From NCBI RefSeq assembly GCF_000143415.4, contig NW_003314374.1:207225-271224 (forward strand): a stretch of DNA of 64,000 nucleotides. The letters run 5' to 3'. A program made the translations under genes and the position numbers. Under the pieces are notes generated by a model, which saw nothing but the letters and a program-made list of their open reading frames with translations, searched no databases and was not told where the DNA came from. Source of the stretch: Selaginella moellendorffii (lineage: Eukaryota; Plantae; Lycopodiophyta). Shown piece by piece: positions 27,877 to 43,234 of this stretch; within the stretch, counting starts at the first letter, position 1, and each line of letters begins with the position of its first letter.

Positions 27877-29283
27877 ATGAGTGATGAACGGAGACAACTG
27901 GAACGTACAGTTGAATCTTCATCAAAGGCACACGAATCTGAGAGCAGCAAGACGAGGAAACCCCAAGGAGGAGGACAGGGAGGAGGAGAAGAAGAAGCCG
28001 AGAAATTGAAAACAGCCAACACATCGTCACTGCGAATCCGATCGACAAGAACATCGCCAAGTCAAACGACGAAAGCACGGACAACCAAGTCTGGTGGAAA
28101 GGATCGGCACAGTAAAGTCAATACAGCTAGAGGCCCGAGGGACAGGCGAGTGAGGCTGTCCGTCTCTACGGCAATCCAGTTCTACGACATCCAGGATAGG
28201 CTCGGCTATGATCAGCCCAGCAAGGCTATAGAGTGGCTCCTCAAGAAAGCAAAGCCGGCTATCGACGAGCTCAACCAGCTCCCGCCGGCTCCGCTCTCAA
28301 TTGGATGTGCAAGCTCGATAACCCCATCCAAAGACGAGAATTCTCAATCCACAAGTCAAGCGCAAGCTGGTTTCACTTCCACTACCGCTGCCGCCGCTGG
28401 AGAAACTTTCAATCCGTATCACTTCCAGCCAGAGCAATCGTCTTCCGCTTTAGCAGCACGGCAGGACAGTCATGCGTGGAAGCTCGAACAATTTCGCCAT
28501 GCTCACGACTCGAGAGAAGATTCCAGGTTGAAGGCACGGGAACGAAAGCCGAGCTCGAGTAGCGCGCACGCAACGGAAGAATCACATCACCAACATCAGC
28601 ACCACGAACAACTTACTTCTTTCCTTCATCAAAGCACCGTGTTTGACACGACGCCATCGTACACCTACAACAACAGCACTAGCAGCAGCAGCAGCAACAT
28701 CATCAACACTCCAATGCGCTCGTCCTTCACGCAGCTTCTCCAGTCGCCACTCCCCAACCCGCTGCAAAGCTTCATCCAGAGCTCGTCGCATCATCAGCTC
28801 CTTCAGAACCAGTTCCTCAACACGCTGCAGGGGCTCTATCTCCCGGCTCCATCTCTAGGCCCGCTTCATCACTCGTTCCAGCAAGAGATCGCCGAGGCTG
28901 CCGCAACATCACAGCTGGGAGGAGGAACAGGTTCACTCCATTCTTTTCACCATCATAACTCTCCTCTTGTCCAGGTTCCAAGCGGCAGTCACGCCTCTCT
29001 CGTAAACCAGCAGTGGCCATCGCCGGGAGTGATGAATCCACTCCAAGTTCCATATGGTCGGGGCAGCTTGCTCTCCAGTCTCACTACTTCGGCAGCTTTC
29101 ACCTCCGACATCGTCTCCTCCCGGCAACGCAAACAAGTCGACATGGACTATAGCCTCTCCTCGAGGCCGGCCATGGCTTCGTCTCCTCGAGTTTATAGTT
29201 TGGTACCAGCGCGGATTCAAGGCCTGGACGATGACGACGACATGGATCAACAACAACGACGGCAGTCACAAACCGAGAACTGA
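27877..29283 (+). CDS. Class II (CIN-like) TCP transcription factor, intronless ORF
   Basis: [50 protein letters not shown]; R-domain-like [12 protein letters not shown]; S/Q/H-rich tail. Confidence 0.95.
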   Translation: MSDERRQLERTVESSSKAHESESSKTRKPQGGGQGGGEEEAEKLKTANTSSLRIRSTRTSPSQTTKARTTKSGGKDRHSKVNTARGPRDRRVRLSVSTAIQFYDIQDRLGYDQPSKAIEWLLKKAKPAIDELNQLPPAPLSIGCASSITPSKDENSQSTSQAQAGFTSTTAAAAGETFNPYHFQPEQSSSALAARQDSHAWKLEQFRHAHDSREDSRLKARERKPSSSSAHATEESHHQHQHHEQLTSFLHQSTVFDTTPSYTYNNSTSSSSSNIINTPMRSSFTQLLQSPLPNPLQSFIQSSSHHQLLQNQFLNTLQGLYLPAPSLGPLHHSFQQEIAEAAATSQLGGGTGSLHSFHHHNSPLVQVPSGSHASLVNQQWPSPGVMNPLQVPYGRGSLLSSLTTSAAFTSDIVSSRQRKQVDMDYSLSSRPAMASSPRVYSLVPARIQGLDDDDDMDQQQRRQSQTEN

Positions 29284-29768
29284 ATCAAGAAAAATGGGGG
29301 AAAACGAGAGATAAGTGATTCCTTTTTTTTTCGATTCGCTTGGTTCTGTTTTTTCTGGGGAAATGTGCTTCCCCTGTTTACAGGAAGATTATAAAAACTC
29401 GAGAAAATAGAACGAAAAAAAGAATAGAGAAAGAGTTCCACTAGTTTGTCCTTCCAGGACAAAAGCGAAGAGAAAAAAAAAGGCTCACCGTGTCATTGAT
29501 TGGGGGAGAGAGACAAAGATGTACAAAGTGAGACAAGGTGTACGGAGGCAATAAAAAAGAAAGAAAGAGGGGTTCTATGTACGGCCTTCCCTTCGAAGAG
29601 ATCTCTAAGAGAAAGGAGGAAACGAGGAAACCAGGGAGAGACAAGGAAAAGAAAAATGGAGAACGAACAACAAAACTGGCGCAACCGTTGCGTTCTCTAG
29701 GTTCTTTCTTCTTCGCTTCAGTCTCTTTTTTTTTTCTTTTTTCTTTCGGTGAAGGAGGTGAAATTTAT

Positions 29769-32365
<2,597 letters not shown>

Positions 32366-33110
32366 TCTTTCCCGATCGACACCTGGGCTAGCTGAAGACC
32401 TGTTCTTCCCAATCCCTGATATTTAGCCTTACTTTGACTAGATCGATCGCTCCCAAGAACGCCAGAGCAATGGGGATCGTTCCCCGGCAGCTACGCCGAT
32501 ACATTTGCAATCCCCTACTGGATCGCCACAGTATCGGCAATCCGACAATTCGTTGCCGCCATAGCCTGCCTCCCGCACAACGAAATTTCCCACAGATCGG
32601 GCGGCGCCAAGACGAGACCGACACGCTAGAATGCCGGCACGATCGCCCTCAGCTCCACCGCGCACAGCGCTCCAAAACGCGTTCCCCCGTACACATCACT
32701 GCCCGGAATGCGTGCCACTGGAATCCGCGAGCGCAATCCAATGCTACAGTGCCGATCGAGCGACCGCCGGCGAAGGGGAAGGAAAGAATCGAGAAACCCT
32801 AGCTCTAGGACGCCGCGCCAGGGGAGGCCTTGACGCTCCAACAAAAGAGAAGCAACGAAGAATACGTGGTGTTTTACCGGGTTTGCGATCGTACGGACGA
32901 GCCTACCAGCGTGGCAGCATCGCGGCCGTCGGTGCTGCCACCCACGTACCGCGTGACGCCGGCAATGAAGGAGCATTTACGTGGTAGAGCTGCCGTCGAT
33001 CAGCGCGATCCAGCGGCGGCAATCGGTCCAAGTGTTAGGAATTTTCTTGGTGTTAAGAAATCGCTTTGGATTATATTTCTCGATATTTACACTTAGGTGT
33101 TCTCAATCCC

Positions 33111-34947
33111 ATGGAGAAATCTTTACGGCGCAAGTTCTTGTGGATTGTCTCATTGTTTCTACTGATTTTACTTTGGATCGGCTACCCAAGTGATAGATGC
33201 GTGCTCAATTTCTCCACTGGGGCGGTCAACTTTAGCAAAACGCATCAAGAAAGAGTGAGATTTCAGGTGGATCTTTGGAGCGAGACCTTGCATGGAGTGA
33301 TGAACAAGAGCACCAATCTAGATCTCGATTCACTCTCTTATGCTCCTCACATCCAAGATTGCAAAAGGTCTGGGCAATTGCATGCTAAGTTGGATGGTCG
33401 TGGAGAGAATGGGAAATGGCCCCCTTGGAGCCTGTCCCAGGGATCAAACCTTGATAGCGGCGAGGTGGAGATTATAATGGATCAAATGTTCTACATCAAC
33501 AAAACAGTTCCCAGTCTCAATATTCCTTGGGTATATAAATCTATTGATTTGTTCTTAAATGATATAACTTTGGAACTTTCTTTTTCCTAGATTCTTGGTG
33601 GTGATGAGGAAAATCTCCCATTGACAAGGCTTGTCCAGCATGATTTGTGGCTGAATCAACACCCCAAAGATTGCAGCAATGCAAGGTTTCTCATGGCAGA
33701 CTGGTTTAGCGAGAAAGCACCCAACTCCATCGGCGTTGGCTCGGAGCTTGTGTACCTCTCGGCTATGTTCTCGATGGCTGTCATGCAAAAGAGGGTCTTG
33801 GTGACCAAGGCGTATCACGGTGCAAATCACTCGGGATGTTTGGGTATAATATCATTTCATCTTGAGGTTGAGAATTTTGTTTGTGATCTTATAGGATTCG
33901 ATCATACAAGATTGTCTTGTTATTTCGTTCCTGAGGCTTCGAGTGAATGCATTGCCCGGGCTTTGGAGCTTTCTTCGCGAAAGGAATCTTGGGATCAAGG
34001 CCTTCTTATAGATTTTGATTATAATCATGGATGGTTTGTTCCAAGGTTCGTAGTATTTTAAAGTTGCTACTTCAATGTTTTCCTCTTTCCTGCTGTGAAG
34101 GTTGTGGGGCGAGCCTTGGAAAAGAATCCAACCATCTGTGGAACTCAATGGGATTTTCATGCAAGATGTTAATGGTAACAACGAAAGAAGGTGGTGGAGG
34201 GCTCAGGTTTATTAACAACTTAAAATTTCATTAATTTATACTAAAAGTATGTTTCAGGTGTTTCGATATCTCATGCGTTTCCCGAGCGAGTATCTTTGCA
34301 ATCTACTAAACGTAGCCCGGAATGAGGCATTTGGAGAGGCAGCAGCAAGATTGATACTAAAGAATTATCCCCAAGGCAATTGGAACTCTAACAATCATAG
34401 CTCTCATAGTGAGAGTCCCATGGAAGCAAATGTTTGGAGCAGCTATGGACCATGGATTCCACGGCCTTTAGTGAGCATTCACGTGAGGCAAGGAGATAAA
34501 AACATCGATATGAAAGTCCACCCCTTTAAAGACTACATGAAACTCGCCACCAGGCTGCGCAAGAAATTCCCACATATAACTGGTGTGTGGCTTTCAACAG
34601 AAATGCAGGTAAAAAGTATCTGTTTCCTTATTGCATTTTTTTTTTTCATTTTGTTTTTCTAGAGTGTAATTGACGAAAGCAAGGAGTATGAAGGATGGAA
34701 CTTTTTCTTCACAGATATAAAGAGACAAGTTGGAGCAACACGCATGGCCGAGTACATGGCTTCACTGGGAAAGAGGAAAAATTTTGAGAATAGTTATGTC
34801 AATCTCTTGATGGCTGCTGACTGTGATTTCTTTGTTGGGGTTTTGGGGTCAACTTGGAGCTATGCCATTGATTGCTTGAGGATGACCAGTGGAAAAGTCA
34901 AGGCTGGCTTCCTCACGGTCAACCCCGTAAATATGTTTCTGCGCTAA
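33111..34947 (+). CDS. GT23/FUT8-like putative alpha-1,6-fucosyltransferase, copy a (6 exons)
   Basis: N-terminal signal-anchor; QHPKDCSNARFL (cf. FUT8 QNPKDC), WWRAQ, SIHVRQGDK (GDP-Fuc HVR motif), LSTE, CDFFVGVLGSTWS. Confidence 0.82.
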
Positions 34948-35214
34948 TTCAAAGAAGAAAACCAAGAGAAAAAACAATCCCACTCACAAGAGCTTCTTCA
35001 ATAGCACTAGCCCAGGGATGATTACTGGGAAAGTTGTTCGCTTCCAATCTTGTGTGAGAGAGCTTGTCAGGAGAAAAGTTCGCCAGCTATGATCATGCTA
35101 CAGCAGCTATGATAGTACGCCAGTTCTCAAGTGCTATAGCCGCACAATAGCAAGATCAATAACCAAAGCTCAAAAATATAAAGCATAAACTTAGTTATGG
35201 AATTTTAACACTAG

Positions 35215-35718
35215 GAAAGCCATCCTGTTCCTAGATAGCTCCCATCCTGTGAACAATCTCCACTGTCAACATTCTTATTGATTTGTGATTGTTAGTGACT
35301 ATACTGGCCCTGGTGTGTGGAGCAAAAGAAGACGTCTGGGTGCGTCTTGCGTGCCATTTCCATGGTGGACATCAAAGTCGATGATTAAAACTCGCTTGAG
35401 GCCGCTAGTGCACTGTGCATGTCTAGCTGTGATGACCGCATTGCCAAAAACGCAGAATCCCATGGGGCCTGCCGGGACTGCGTGGTGGCCTGAAGGTCGG
35501 ATCAAAGCAAATCCAATTGGGGGCCTTGGACCAGACACACTCATCTGGAAAAAAACGAAGAAAAAACATTCTCAGGTAGGAGTTACGCAAAAGAGCCTAT
35601 GGATTAGTAGAGAAGTCGACCACCACTGCAAGCATGGATTCTTCGTATGTCTTTCAAGCATTGTTAAAAGCTTGTAGCAAGTATAAAGGAACTTGAAACT
35701 GTTTGCAAATACCGTGGA
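35215..35718 (-). pseudogene. Inverted, intron-containing fragment of the HDA14 gene
   Basis: [15 protein letters not shown]...[13 protein letters not shown] is nearly identical to 54170-54370. Small deletions cause frameshifts; flanking introns and short exons are retained. Confidence 0.88.
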
Positions 35719-38250
35719 TCTATAATAATAAGGAGTTGCTAAACTTTCTGGGCTGCTAAATTGACAAAATGTGGAGTAACTTGGTCAATATCAGTTTTTT
35801 ATTGCAGTGGGTGTGCAATACGTGGGGGAGGAGGTGGTTTATTTGTGCAGCCCAAGAGGGAAAAACTCTCCTTTTACCACAGCTCCTCTTGCAGCTAGGG
35901 AAATTTTCTTTGCTAGAGATGGAGGCCCAAGAGTTTGTGCTGCTGCTCACATTGAAAGCTAGTTGGGAAGCTTGAGTGTTAGTGTGATACTCATGGTGAA
36001 ACCAGCCCCCCCCTCGCCCCCCTCTCCCCCGCCCACCCTATCATTTTGGGCTTTTACCCTTTGACCTGTATTAATATTTGGAGTCATACTCAGTCTTAGT
36101 CTTCGGTTTTCAGTCTTGGACTTAGTTTCAATCTTTATTTCAGACTCCATCTCATACTCTATTTCGGATTTCATCTTAGACTCTATTTCAAACTCAATGT
36201 TGTGTGTATGCTGTGTCTAGGGTTTTATCCATCCCATTTTTCACAAAAGTTCTTGCTTCTGTATTTAGGGCTAGATTAGCAATGGAGCACCATGGCTGGT
36301 GCTTATAGAACTAGAGAGCTTGCTTAGATCTCTCATATGCTGCACAAGAATTTTCTATTCATCTTTGTAGGATGCCTCAGTTAAGAATAGGTAAGATCTT
36401 TCCGTTCTTGCAAAGGAAATTCAATTTTCAAGTTCTACACTCGGTTTTAACATGTGAGAAGCTGGCTCTTGCAGTAATACATATTGCCATGGTAGAGTAA
36501 TTGCAATTGAAGGCATAGTGATGACTTTCAACTCTTGATTTTGTGCAAATGCCTCTTGGTTGGCTGTGAGACTGATAGTCGAGCCATAGTCACTAGAGTA
36601 GTTCCTAGTGAGAAATTCTTTGTCTCTTTCTATGATTACAATTTTCTTATATAAAACACTAACCATATAGCAATAACCAAGGTTAAAATAGAGACATTGA
36701 GGATTACAATTATATGCCTTTGCTAGTAACTAAATTTGGGTGTTTTACATGTTTCTTCAAGTATATGTCCTTTATATGATGCCAATAGCAACACATTTTA
36801 AGCATGGTGAGGTGCTAGAAATCTAGATGGCTTCTTTTGAAATTTTTTCCCCATAAAACTCTTAATGTATTTGTCTTTTGGCTCAAATTTGAAGTTTTTC
36901 AAAGACTTCACTTTGCCAACCCACCAACATTTTCTAATCTATAATAATGAGGAGTGTTAAAGAAATAACCTTTTGACAGTTACCCTTCCATTTGACAATT
37001 GGAAGGGTAACTGCCATTGATTGAATTCATGTCTTTGCTGAAATATTTTGATAAAGTTTTGTTTAGGCAATTAGCTATCTGACACAACTTGCATGCCCTT
37101 TGGCTATTGTGAGAAAAAAAGTAAAATTGATTGTGTATGCATATCAAATTGGGAAATTGGTGCTTCCTCCCTCAATTTCAATTGTATAAGGCTCTAGATT
37201 TTTTAATGAATTCATTTGAATTCAGCTATATAGACATGTTGGCTTTGTGAAGAGAGTGGTTAACAAAGCTGGTGATCACATGCATATGTTAATCTCTATA
37301 TGAACTTAAAATCAATGTTAGAACTACTGGATATTGCTTGGTAGTGGGACAGTAAATAAGATTGCTAACTCCAGCCAAAATAATATCCAGTCTTAAGTGA
37401 GCTGGGGTGTGCTGCTATTGTACTTGCTTTTCCCAATTGCCTCATATTTAGCTAAATCCATGAATAACAACACCATATTTTCTCAAGAGGACCTGTTATG
37501 ACACAATTTTGTATCAGCACTTCAAGGAGGGAGAAAGATATGTATATACTTCTTTTTTTCAACCTTTGGCTAAACTCTTTTACTTCTTCAACTTGAACTC
37601 AATGTTCAATTTGCAATTATGCAAGTATGCAATTTGCAAGTATGCCTTGGCTTTGCAAAGTATTGAGAGGCATATATCACCAGGTCACTAGTTGCTTCTA
37701 ACTATTGACACTAGCATATGTATTTATACTCATAATAACCTTGAATGTGCTAATGAAAAAACTAATTTAGACCTTGAACATGCAAAAATTACTTCAGACC
37801 TTGAGGATACTAATATAAATATAGAATATGCTAATGAAGTGCATACAAATATAGACCTTGAAAATGCATAAAAGAAATACAATTGCATATATAATACATT
37901 TATTTAATATTGAAAATAATATTGGAAATATGGGTTTATTACATTTTGAAAATGAGTTAAACTCAATGTGAAAAAGGTTTGCCTTCCCTAACTTTCATCT
38001 TTACCTCATATGATTTTTAATGAAAATTATAGACTTGAACTTTAAAATTAACATAATAAATTTTAATAGTGCTTTATGTTGATAATTTAAATAGTAAAGG
38101 CTCATTACATAGTCAATAATTGTATGAAGAAGTAATGTTTTCATTTAAAACCATAAAAAAACACTATAAATACACTATTATGAGCACTATTATAAAAAAC
38201 ATTAGAAAACATTTTTAAACTTTATACAACAAAATAATATTCCAAACTAG
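35719..38250 (+). mobile_element. Degenerate TE-like insertion(s) with Helitron-like 5' ends
   Basis: A^TCTATAATAAT(A/G)AGGAG occurs at 35719 and 36938; candidate CTAG^T ends at 37688 and ~38247; 14-bp hairpin at 36977-37013; AT-rich with no intact ORF. Confidence 0.4.
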
Positions 38251-38726
38251 TTTGTCATGTAGTTAAATTTTGAAAACCCTGCATCTGTATGAGCCTAAAT
38301 CCCACTCACATAATTTGTGATGTGTGTGCCAACAATTGCTGCCTTGCTAAACCGTGGCTGTCATTGCCATGCTTGCTGTGGTTGCTACTCCTCACCCTCC
38401 TGTGCCTTGCTGTGGCAGCTGTGGCCTCTCCTGTGCCATGCAATTATGCCATGGCTCAAAACATGGCAAATTGCTTAGGTTCAACCAAAAGTGGTAAGTA
38501 GCTCTAAAAAAAAACTGGTAGAGCTTTTTTTATATCACCCAGGACCTAACAAAGAGATCATGCAGTTGACTAATGCGAAGATGATGATTTAGTAGATACC
38601 AAACATGTTCAGCATTAAATTTCTCACGTTCCATGAGCACATGGAACGTAATTAAAGTATTCTTTTTTACAGCCTGTAAAATACCAAAATCATTTGAGGC
38701 CGTCCGACATAGGTGAAGTTCATCCC

Positions 38727-40577
38727 ATGGAGAAATCTTTGTGGTGCAAGTTCTTGTGGATTGTCGCAGTGTTTCTACTGATTTTTCTTTGGATCGTCTA
38801 CCCAAGTGATAGATGCGTGCTCAATTTCTCCACTGGGGCGGTCAACTTTAGCAAAACGCATCAAGAAAGAGTGAGAGATCTGGTGAATATTTGGAGCGAG
38901 ACCCTGTATGGAGTGATGAACAAGAGCGCCAATCTAGATCTCGATTCACTCTCTTATGCTCCTCACATCCAAGATTGCAAAAGGTCTGGTGAATTGCATG
39001 CTAAGTTGGATGGTCGTGGAGAGAATGGGAAATGGCCCCCTTGGAGCCTGTCCCAGGGATCAAACCTTGATAGCAGCGAGGTGGAGATTATAATGGATCA
39101 AATGTTCTACATCAACAATACAGTTCCCAGTCTCAACATTCCTTGGGTATATAAATCTATTGATGGTTCTAACTTTAAAACTTTCTTTTTCCTAGATTCT
39201 TGGTGGTGATGAGGAGAATCTCCCATTGACAAGGCTTGTCCAGCATGATTTGTGGCTGAATCAACACCCCAAAGATTGCAGCAATGCAAGGTTTCTCATG
39301 GCAGACTGGTTTAGCCAGCAAACACCCACCTCCATCGGTGTTGGCTCGGAGCTTGTATTTCTCTCGGCTATGTTCTCGATGGCTGTCATGCAAAAGAGGG
39401 TGTTGGTGACCAAGGCATATCACGGGGCAAATCATTCGGGATGTTTGGGTAATAATCTTGAGGTTTAGAATCTTTTACAATTCTTATCATATAGGATTGG
39501 ATCATGCGAGATGGTCTTGCTATTTCGTTCCTGAGGCTTCGAGTGAATGTATTGCCCGGGCTTTGGAGCTTTCCTCGCAAAAGGAACCTTGGGATCAAGG
39601 CCTTCTTGTAAATTTTGATCATAATCACGGGTGGACTGTCCCAAGGTTTGTAGCAAAGTTGATATAATCGAAATCACAGTGTCTTCCTCTTTCCTGCTGT
39701 GAAGATTGTGGGGTGAGCCTTGGAAAAGAATCGAACCATCAGTGGAACTCGATGGGGTTCTTATGGCAGATGTCAATGGTAACAACGAAAGAAGGTGGTG
39801 GAGAGCTCAGGTTTATTAGATTTAATTAACTCAAAATTCTCATTAATTTATACTAATAAGTATGTTTCAGGTGTTCCGATATCTCATGCGTTTTCGGAGC
39901 GAGTATCTTTGCAATCTACTAAACGTAGCCCGGAATGAGGCATTTGGAGAGGCAGCAGCAAGATTGATACTAAAGAATTACCCACAAGGCAATTGGAACT
40001 CTAACAATCATAGCTCTCATAGTGAGAGTCCCATGGAAGCAAATCTTTGGAGCAGCTATGGACCATGGATTCCACGGCCTTTAGTGAGCATTCACGTGAG
40101 ACAAGGAGATAAAAACATCGATATGGAAGTCCATCCCTTTAAAGACTACATGAAGCTCGCCATGAGGCTGCGCAAGAAATTCCCACACATAAACCGTGTG
40201 TGGCTTTCAACAGAAATGCAGGTAACAAATGCTTTATTTCTTTCTCAGATACTTATTTATATTATTTTTCTTTCTCATTTATATTTTGCTAGAATGTAAT
40301 TGATGAAAGCAAGGAGTATGAAGGCTGGAATTTTTTCTTCACTGATATAAAGAGACAGGTTGGAGCAACACGCATGGCCGAGTACATGGCTTCACTGGGA
40401 AAGAGGAAAAATTTTGAGAATAGTTATGTCAATCTCTTGATGGCTGCTGACTGTGATTTCTTTGTGGGAGTTTTGGGGTCAACTTGGAGCTATGCCATTG
40501 ACTGCTTGAGGATGACCAGCGGAAAAGTCAAGGCTGGCTTCCTCACAGTCAACCCCGTGAATTACTTGCTGCGATAA
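38727..40577 (+). CDS. GT23/FUT8-like putative fucosyltransferase, copy b
   Basis: Near-identical paralogue of 33111-34947 with the same exon structure and motifs. Confidence 0.82.
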
Positions 40578-40768
40578 CTTTATTTGTCACTTGAAAGAAG
40601 AAAAACCAGGAGAAAAATCAGCCCCGCTCACAAGAGCTTCTTCAATAGCGCTGGGAGCCAAGGTATGATCAGTGGAAAAGTTCTGGTCGATTTCTTCGCT
40701 TCCAATCCTGTGTGATGCACAGAGAGAGAGAGCTTCTCAGCATAAAAGTTCGAATTTTTTCTAAGTTT

Positions 40769-43234
40769 TTACCTCTGATCAGTGTACATTGATAGATTCA
40801 CCATTGTTGAACTTGAGTCTCGAAGATCTGGAGGCTGCAGCGAGTCTCGCGTTTGTTGTGGGTGCAGAGGAGATGCAGCTATGCCCCTCTCATTCAGCAA
40901 GCTTCTGAAGAATTCAAGCCTGGGAGCAGCATTTTCAGGACCCAAACTTGTGACTTTGGATGGGCTCCAAAGCCTCTCTAAACCAAAAAAACAAAAAAAC
41001 AAAAAGCATAATAATCAGACAAGAACAAGATAGAAAACATGTAGAGAAAGCTTGCCTGCAGCTGCTGCTGCTCTTGGCCATATTTTTTGCTGGATATTGC
41101 TTGCATCAACTTGTTCACCCCACATACAAACTTCGCCTCCAATAATAAGCTCCTGTTCAATTTCGCTGGTGATGTTATCGAATGGCTCCTTGGAGTAAAA
41201 CTTCTCCCATGGTATCTCAATGTGATCCAAATACCACGAAGATTGCTCGCTGACTATGCACTTGAGGCCCGACTCGACAACATCGGGAGCGATTTGAGGC
41301 CCCCACCTGATTATAGGATGTCCTTCAAAGGTGAGAGGAAATGTGTCAAAGAAGTATTTACCAGTTGTGGACAATTGTCTTCCTTGACAAACTTTGTCCA
41401 AATTTTTCAAATGGTTCTTGCCTGTAAAAGGAGCACGAGATAATGCGATCGAAGATCAAAAGCATGTTACCAGTTGACGGGAACATAACCATGTTTCATG
41501 GCCAGCTTTTGGACTTGGAGTACAAAAAACTCGTACGCTTCTGCTGCTGTAAAATTATGCTCTACAAGCCTGATTTTCAAAGAGTTGATAAACTATAAAC
41601 TTCAAGTAGGATACCAGTTATTTGTGGGCCTCGCAATTTGCCAGCAGCCTGTTTAACACCATATAAGAAAAAAAACTAAAAACTTGAGGATGGTTTTTGC
41701 TTACTTGTGTCGACTTCGTCTCCGCCGATATGCAAAAGCTCGAATGGAAAAACCTTTGAAAGATCTATATAACATCGAGTTTACAAGGATTGCAACCCAT
41801 AATCAAAGAAGATCATACCAGAAAATATGCCATCTATCACCTCAAAGGTGAACTCTTGGCTGATATCCAATGGTGTTGTGCAGCTTTCAGAAGGCCATAG
41901 CTCAGGATATCCAACTCCCCTACGCTTGAAAAATCATAAAAACGCATGATAACTTTAATCTGGAGAGAGAACAAGCTTACCATGAGCGAGCGTGTCCAGG
42001 AACATCAATCTCTGGCATGACATGCACACCTCTCAATCGAGCGTACCTGTAAGAGCAATCAAATGCACAGGTTGATCGTTTTCTTTTTGAAAGTATGGCT
42101 TACTCGACTATTGCTTTTGCATCATCGAGGTTGTAGCGCTGAGTGATTGAGAAGGAGCCTTTCCAAAGCTCTGGAAAAGATGGAATCTCCAAAGGGAAGG
42201 ATTCCTCGTCGACAACATGCCAGTGCAAAACATTCTGGAAAGGAAGAAAAGAAGAGCTCAGATTTGATCGATAGAGATCAAACTCACGAGCTTCGCATAG
42301 GCCATGGAGTCGATCACATTCTCGATCGTCTTTAGTGGTAAGTAGTGTCGAGCAGTATCTGGTAAGAGAAAAAGAATGAATTTACGTCAAGAACAACAAG
42401 ACAACCACAGAAAAACTGAAACTTTACCAATCAGAAGCCCTCTATAAGAAAATCTGGGCTCATCGAGAATGTCCCACGGACAGTCCTGTACAAGAATCTC
42501 TCTCGCGAGAACATCGTAGCTGCAAATCTGGCTAAAGGTCTAGAAAAAAAAGGAGACAAATGAATAGAGCCATCCCACACACATTTTTTTTGGTCTTACC
42601 TCGAGTCCTCGTAGAGCTCCATAAACAGTTCTTGCCTGGAATGAATGGAACGCAAGAAAATCAGGCGATAAGCCTCACGATCTTTCCTTACCTGGAGCAA
42701 TGCGGCCTTGGAATTCAGAGGATCAGGGATTTGGAGGCGGTAGGATTCATCCACGCCAAGATGGAGCTGCCGAAAAACTCATCACAAACACCCTAGACAA
42801 ATAGTAAAGTCACTCACGCTTTGGTTGAACGACTTAAGATCGATGCAAAGTTCGTCAAGAACAAACTTCGCTGGATCAATCTTTGCTGGAGTTTTCAGCT
42901 TCCGCTGCCTGAGAATCAGTGAGGTATAGCGATCAATTCCTGCTTGCAAGACTTCCAGATTTTCCCGAGCCGCTGATGAAAAACTTATAGAAAATTGCCT
43001 GGACAGTGTCATCAGAATGGAGCCTTGGGAGAGATTTCTTGGAGCTGGCCAGATGAGAACGCTAGTGTTGCTGCTGTGATCATCCCAATTTGTCAAAGTG
43101 ATTGAAGAGGCAACATGCCAGAAAGAAGACTTGCTACTTTTGCTCCAGTAAGTGTTGGTAACAATTGATGAGAGTATGACAGCTATAATTCCTATCACAA
43201 AAATCTTCCTCAATCTTTTGCTGCTCCACAACAT
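40769..43234 (-). CDS. Beta-hexosaminidase (GH20, plant HEXO1/3-like), copy a
   Basis: Signal-anchor, IWPAP, DEPRFSYRGLL/DTARHY, NVLHWHVVD, PEIDVPGHA, catalytic LHIGGDEV, GGEVCMWGE, IWPRAAAAAERLWS. Confidence 0.93.

Noticed and set aside
32388-33096. Overlapping R/A/P-rich ORFs on both strands
   Set aside because: GC-rich divergent promoter and 5' UTR between NDR-2 and FucT-a, with no domain signal.
37320-37870. Possible hAT transposase C-terminal remnant with an acidic repeat tail
   Set aside because: Similarity is only impressionistic and no terminal inverted repeats were identified.
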